From Perkinsus chesapeaki ATCC PRA-425 (lineage: Eukaryota; Protista; Perkinsozoa): DNA of 49,369 bases. The DNA is taken from the NCBI GenBank assembly GCA_013115145.1, contig JAAPAO010000231.1, positions 1 to 49,369 on the forward strand. Reading direction: 5' to 3'. This document shows positions 45,199 to 49,369 of the stretch, piece after piece (position 1 is the stretch's first letter; each line of letters opens with the position of its first letter). Under the pieces are notes generated by a model that was given only the letters and a program-made list of their open reading frames with translations, was not told the origin of the DNA and did not search any database. A program made the translations under genes and the position numbers.

Positions 45199-48100
45199 AT
45201 GTCAACTTCAATAGGCCATGGTCCTGGAGTGGGGCCGATAGCTGGGTCTCCGAGGGATGCGAACAGTTCAATTAGTGGTTTGAAGGCTAACGTTATGGTG
45301 AGATAAGTCTGCCTTCTACGAGTTATGGAGGCAATCTATATAGCTATTCGATACAGGGGGCCTCACCGGCTTAGAGAGTTTCATTCAGGTTTGCGCGCGC
45401 GTACGGCCGTTGTTTGGATGTGGGGCAGAAGGGACATCACAGTGCGTTATCACCTCTGCTGACAAGAAGAGGATTGTATGTTATCGTAAATTATCGGGAA
45501 TACTTCTCTTGTATGACTGCAGGTATTGGAAGACCCGCGGCACCGAGAACTTCCAAAAGAGTTCCAGTTCGATCACGTCTTTGGTGAGTTTCAAGTGGAC
45601 TACGATGCGCTGTCACTGAGTGTGTTTGTGATGTTGTCCAGACTCTTCTGTCACGACATCAACGATATTCAAGACGCATGTAGCACGAGGGATTGATGCT
45701 GCGGTGAGATTCCAGATTCTCTTGGATATACATGCTTCATCATTCTAGGTCCTCTCGCACGTGCCTTGCACGGTGTTTGCTCATGGAGCCAGTGGTAGTG
45801 GGAAGACTTTCACTATGCAGGTATACTGGTGTCACCCTAGTGAGGTTTTCGGACAACACGTGCCGTCCCCATCTTAGGGGATTAAGTTCTACATGCTCAC
45901 GGGCTATAGTGCCCCAACCCTAATGCGTTTCAGCTCGTTTTCTGGGAGATACTATGCCAACCTCCGACAACTGATGGGTATATCGATGATGTCTGCTCAC
46001 AGTCGCGAAGCAAGCTGAACTAACCTGTTGAAATGAGACATGGGCATGTGATCCACAAGCCCTGATCCATTTCATTTTATGCTTGTCCAGTCACCATGAT
46101 CTCCCAACCAGACGCTAGTATGCGACAGTCTGCGACCGGAACTCATAGCGGGAAGACACATCAAATACCATACTTGAAATATATCGTCAGAACTACCCTT
46201 CACTAGGGAGCTCTACTCTAGTGTTTAGAGTCTAGTCTTTAAAAGTCTCGGGGACATTAAACTAATGCATCCCTAATTAATGTGAGTGAATGAAGAAGGG
46301 CATGGAGATGGAAATTAATGACGTTATTTGACACTTCCAACGGCTTGAAGAATTAGACTAAAGTATCGACCCTTTGTAATCTACAATGTCGACATTTTGA
46401 TAAGAGCTCACTCACTGCCACTGCGAGAGGAGGGGAAAGCACGATCTTGAGAATTTGTCCTCGAAAGTCGAGTTGGACTGCTTCCATTTCATGCTACGGT
46501 TCGAACTGGCATATCACTAGTTCATCACGTGCTCTACAAAAAGTTAGCCGGACACCTTAGTAACAAGCTCACTTAAGAGCAGGATGGGAATGTGAAGAAG
46601 AGCACCCCGACTGAATCTATGGCACAGCTTATACACATTTTGAGAGCACAACCTCAAAGCCATTGGAGCAGCCTGTCTAGTAGCAGAAAAGTGGGCTGCG
46701 TGATGCCAATGGTGTCTGACTGGCACAGTCTGTATATCGCAGTGCGTCGTATCGCGAGGTCTACTGTAATAATAGACGCAATAATAGTTGCTGAACATCA
46801 GTCATGAACATACTTTGTTGGCCAGTAAGCCTTCCCGTCTCCCTGTCATACTTCTCGTGTTGAGCCAAGACTGCTGAGTGGTTCGACAGTCGCACTGCGA
46901 CTCAACGAAAGTAGCGAAATTCCTCCGCTTTTGCTCACAAATTCACCGGGTGATCTTCAAGCGTATTCTTGAAGCACGAAACCGAACACTAGCACTGACT
47001 TGCTCCGAATTTTTGTCTATCTAGGGTATTGAAGGCCAACCAAGTGAGCCTGTGGTGGATGGGAACGAATCTGGACTCATCCCTATGTGCGTAGAACGGA
47101 TTTTTAAACGTCTCACAAGTAAGCTGCCTACTGAAGAAATTGTCAGACACTCAACTCAGGTGACATGATGGTAACAATGTCTGTGTTCGAGATTTATCAA
47201 GAAAAAGTTCGAGACCTCTTAGCTCAAAGTACCACGCCCTGCTCCTTGCTGCTTTCGTATCAAGCTACGCTGAGCAGCAGCGACAGATGGCAGATGTTGT
47301 AGCAGACGGTTAACCTCGTCCTTCTAGGCACCGACCAACATCATGGGCCAGTAGGTCGAAGAGGTGTGGGCAGCACTAGCCAGCCTGCACTACTCGACAG
47401 AGACGGGGGCTTCAGGGATTTGAAGATGCTGGAGGACAGCCTTGGCCAGGTAACCTGGATTGATATGTATTAATTATGTAACAGTATGTATTTTGTGAAT
47501 ACAACAGCATTTTGACTGATTGGATCCTCCTTTCCGGAATCGTCGATCATGCCCAGCGATGGCCATGCTGAATCTCCTTCTCGGTGACAGGTTACCATCA
47601 TGGGTCTTGTCGAGCGGGAAGTCACAAGTTCCACTGAGCTCCTGCAAGCCTACGAAGGTGCCATCAGCTTACGAGCTGTCGGCAGTACTGCTATCAACCA
47701 GCAGAGTTCTCGAAGCCATTGTACATTGCAGATTCAGGCAAACTACGCTCAAACTAATCTGACTCATCTGACTACTTGAATTGTACAGGTCCAAAAGAGA
47801 CAGCGAAACCAGCCAACAGGTCCTCCTGCGGCACCATCTGGGAGAGGCCGCAGGTAAGGGGCGCATTTGGTTGATCCTCTGTAATAGTGTAGGCTATTAA
47901 CCTATCATTCCGAAAGCTGAGGAACCAAATTCCGTACATGATCTTGTTGAGGAATTTTTTGAAAATGCAGGTCGGGATTGTCTTTCCACGAGCAAAAGAG
48001 AGTCGTACCAATGGGAAGGATCATGCTGGTTGACTTGGCTGGACTCGAGGACAATCGTGTGGTGGGATTCGTGGTCTCATCAAATTCTTACCTGTCGTAC

Positions 48101-48558
48101 TCGTTAGACTGGTAACATCGGTGGAGCTCTGAGAGAATCAACAGCTATCAACGCGAGCCATTTTGCTCTGGCGCGAATGCTGTGGGCCCTGAAGAAAAAT
48201 AGGGTAAGTCTCTTCTAACTTGCCCTGGGACCACCCAAGGTTTCAACAGCGGGCGTCAGGTTTTTCGAAACTTCTACCCCAGGTCGCATCAGCTTAGAAT
48301 ATTGGGTTACTCATCCGGGGGACGGTCGAGTGAAGTTTCTGTTTTCAGAATGTTCCGTATCGAAACTCTAAACTCACCCGGCTTTTCCAAAACTCAATGG
48401 AGCCTAGCATTCCCCTACCTGTAAGCTGCCGCATCTCTCGGAGTTGTTTTAAGGGCTAGTGGTGCTGCCAGGCACCACCTATGGTTCTTATGTTGGTAAC
48501 TGTCAGCCCCGCTACTAAGAGATTTCAGGCAACATATAACACCTTCTCAGCTATCCAG
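45199..48558 (+). CDS. Multi-exon kinesin motor domain protein (kinesin-10/KIF22-like)
   Basis: QVCARVRPL, FQFDHVF, FAHGASGSGKTFTMQ P-loop, FEIYQEKVRDLL, NQQSSRSH, LVDLAGLEDNR, NVPYRNSKLTRL. The DLAGxEDNR form suggests kinesin-10. Confidence 0.92.
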
Positions 48559-48688
48559 GTGAGCAGGGTTCGTTATTGTCAAGAACTAAGTGATGACTTA
48601 TCACACAAACCACTGTTCTTGAATGTCATAACTTATTATTCGTTGTCAAGTTATTGATATTATTAAGTAGAGGCGAATGACCAAGAAC

Positions 48689-48865
48689 TTTGTTTGTTTG
48701 TTTGTTTGTTTGGGCGGCCTTGCCGACCGCCATAGTGGCAGTATTCGGCCTTAGCGCCACACGGAGCTAGCTCCGTAGATATGTTGGTCCGCTGCATCCT
48801 GCCTGGCTCAGGATTCTACCTCCACCTCGTCATCTTCCGCTCGGCCTCCTCCCTAGTGCTAGTAA
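48689..48865 (-). mobile_element. Probable 3' end of an RTE-like non-LTR retrotransposon with (CAAA)n tail
   Basis: Minus strand has a short frame ending STREEAERKMTRWR*, a GC-rich hairpin-bearing UTR, then about 5-6 CAAA repeats. Confidence 0.5.
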
Positions 48866-48917
48866 TGGTACAGAATAGTAAACAATCAAGTAATGATACA
48901 TTTATATACATATATAT

Positions 48918-49369
48918 TTTTTTCTTTTTTTTTTCTTTTCTTTTTTTTTTCTTTTTTTTTCTTTTTTTTTTCTCTAACACCGACATGGTAAACCATTAAC
49001 ACCATTAACAACAAGGTATTAGGCTGCCCTGTCTGGCCAAATCCGCGCCAGCAGCCATACCAGCCCTCTCAAACGCCTCTTGCTTCGCAAAAACTCGTAC
49101 AGCCCCTTAGGGAAGGCAGCCGTGCCCATCTTCCTGCGACATATATCCCGTGTTACTCTCCATTTTGGGCAGTCAAAGATGATATGCCTTCCATCTTCCA
49201 CTGGGTGTCCGCACCCCCTGCAACCCTTAGGGGAGTTTCTATCGATCTTAACCCAGTGATCCCGCAGACACGAGTGACCGCTAATGGCTTCAATTAGTCT
49301 CCTGCGATCGTTAGACTCCAGCTTAATCCCTTCCAGTAGTCTCCTATGTGCTGCCCCTAGCTCCAGTCT
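48918..49369 (-). mobile_element. 3' end of a non-LTR (LINE-like) retrotransposon: C-terminal CCHC finger, short UTR, A-rich tail
   Basis: Open frame from the window edge: ...ISGHSCLRDHWVKIDRNSPKGCRGCGHPVEDGRHIIFDCPKW...WPDRAA* (stop at 49019). A G-interrupted poly(A) follows at 48918-48972. Confidence 0.9.

Noticed and set aside
1-49369. Intact tRNA genes, spliced-leader RNA or relict SL, rRNA, CRISPR array
   Set aside because: No fragment has a matching 5' acceptor strand and D-arm. No CCGTAGCCAT...GGCTCAAG leader was seen. The tandem repeats have no unique spacers.

Overview
Intron-rich eukaryotic genomic DNA with mostly 40-60 nt GT-AG introns. A RAP-domain gene and a DKxCIxQ-type membrane protein point to an alveolate protist, probably Perkinsus-like (inference). 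Reconstructed by eye, it contains: a divergent RlmI-like methyltransferase head-to-head with RPL27A; three paralogous secreted GDDG-motif proteins sharing upstream and 3' non-coding elements; a Kelch-BTB (LZTR1-like) gene; an LRR-like gene; a helical-repeat/RAP gene that probably continues into LRRs; an intronless isochorismatase-glutamine synthetase-like fusion; a HET-like membrane protein; a SAM-domain gene with a 45-bp in-frame repeat; an FHA-FHA-RING E3 ligase; a kinesin motor; and the 3' ends of two non-LTR retrotransposons. The most striking unexplained signal is a set of at least eight spliceosomal introns in five or six unrelated genes that consist largely of, or begin with, the 3' part of a tRNA-like sequence (T-arm/B-box, acceptor 3' strand, discriminator A, mostly an oligo-T trailer, no CCA). 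Four are sense and four antisense to the host gene. Multi-exon gene boundaries are manual and approximate.
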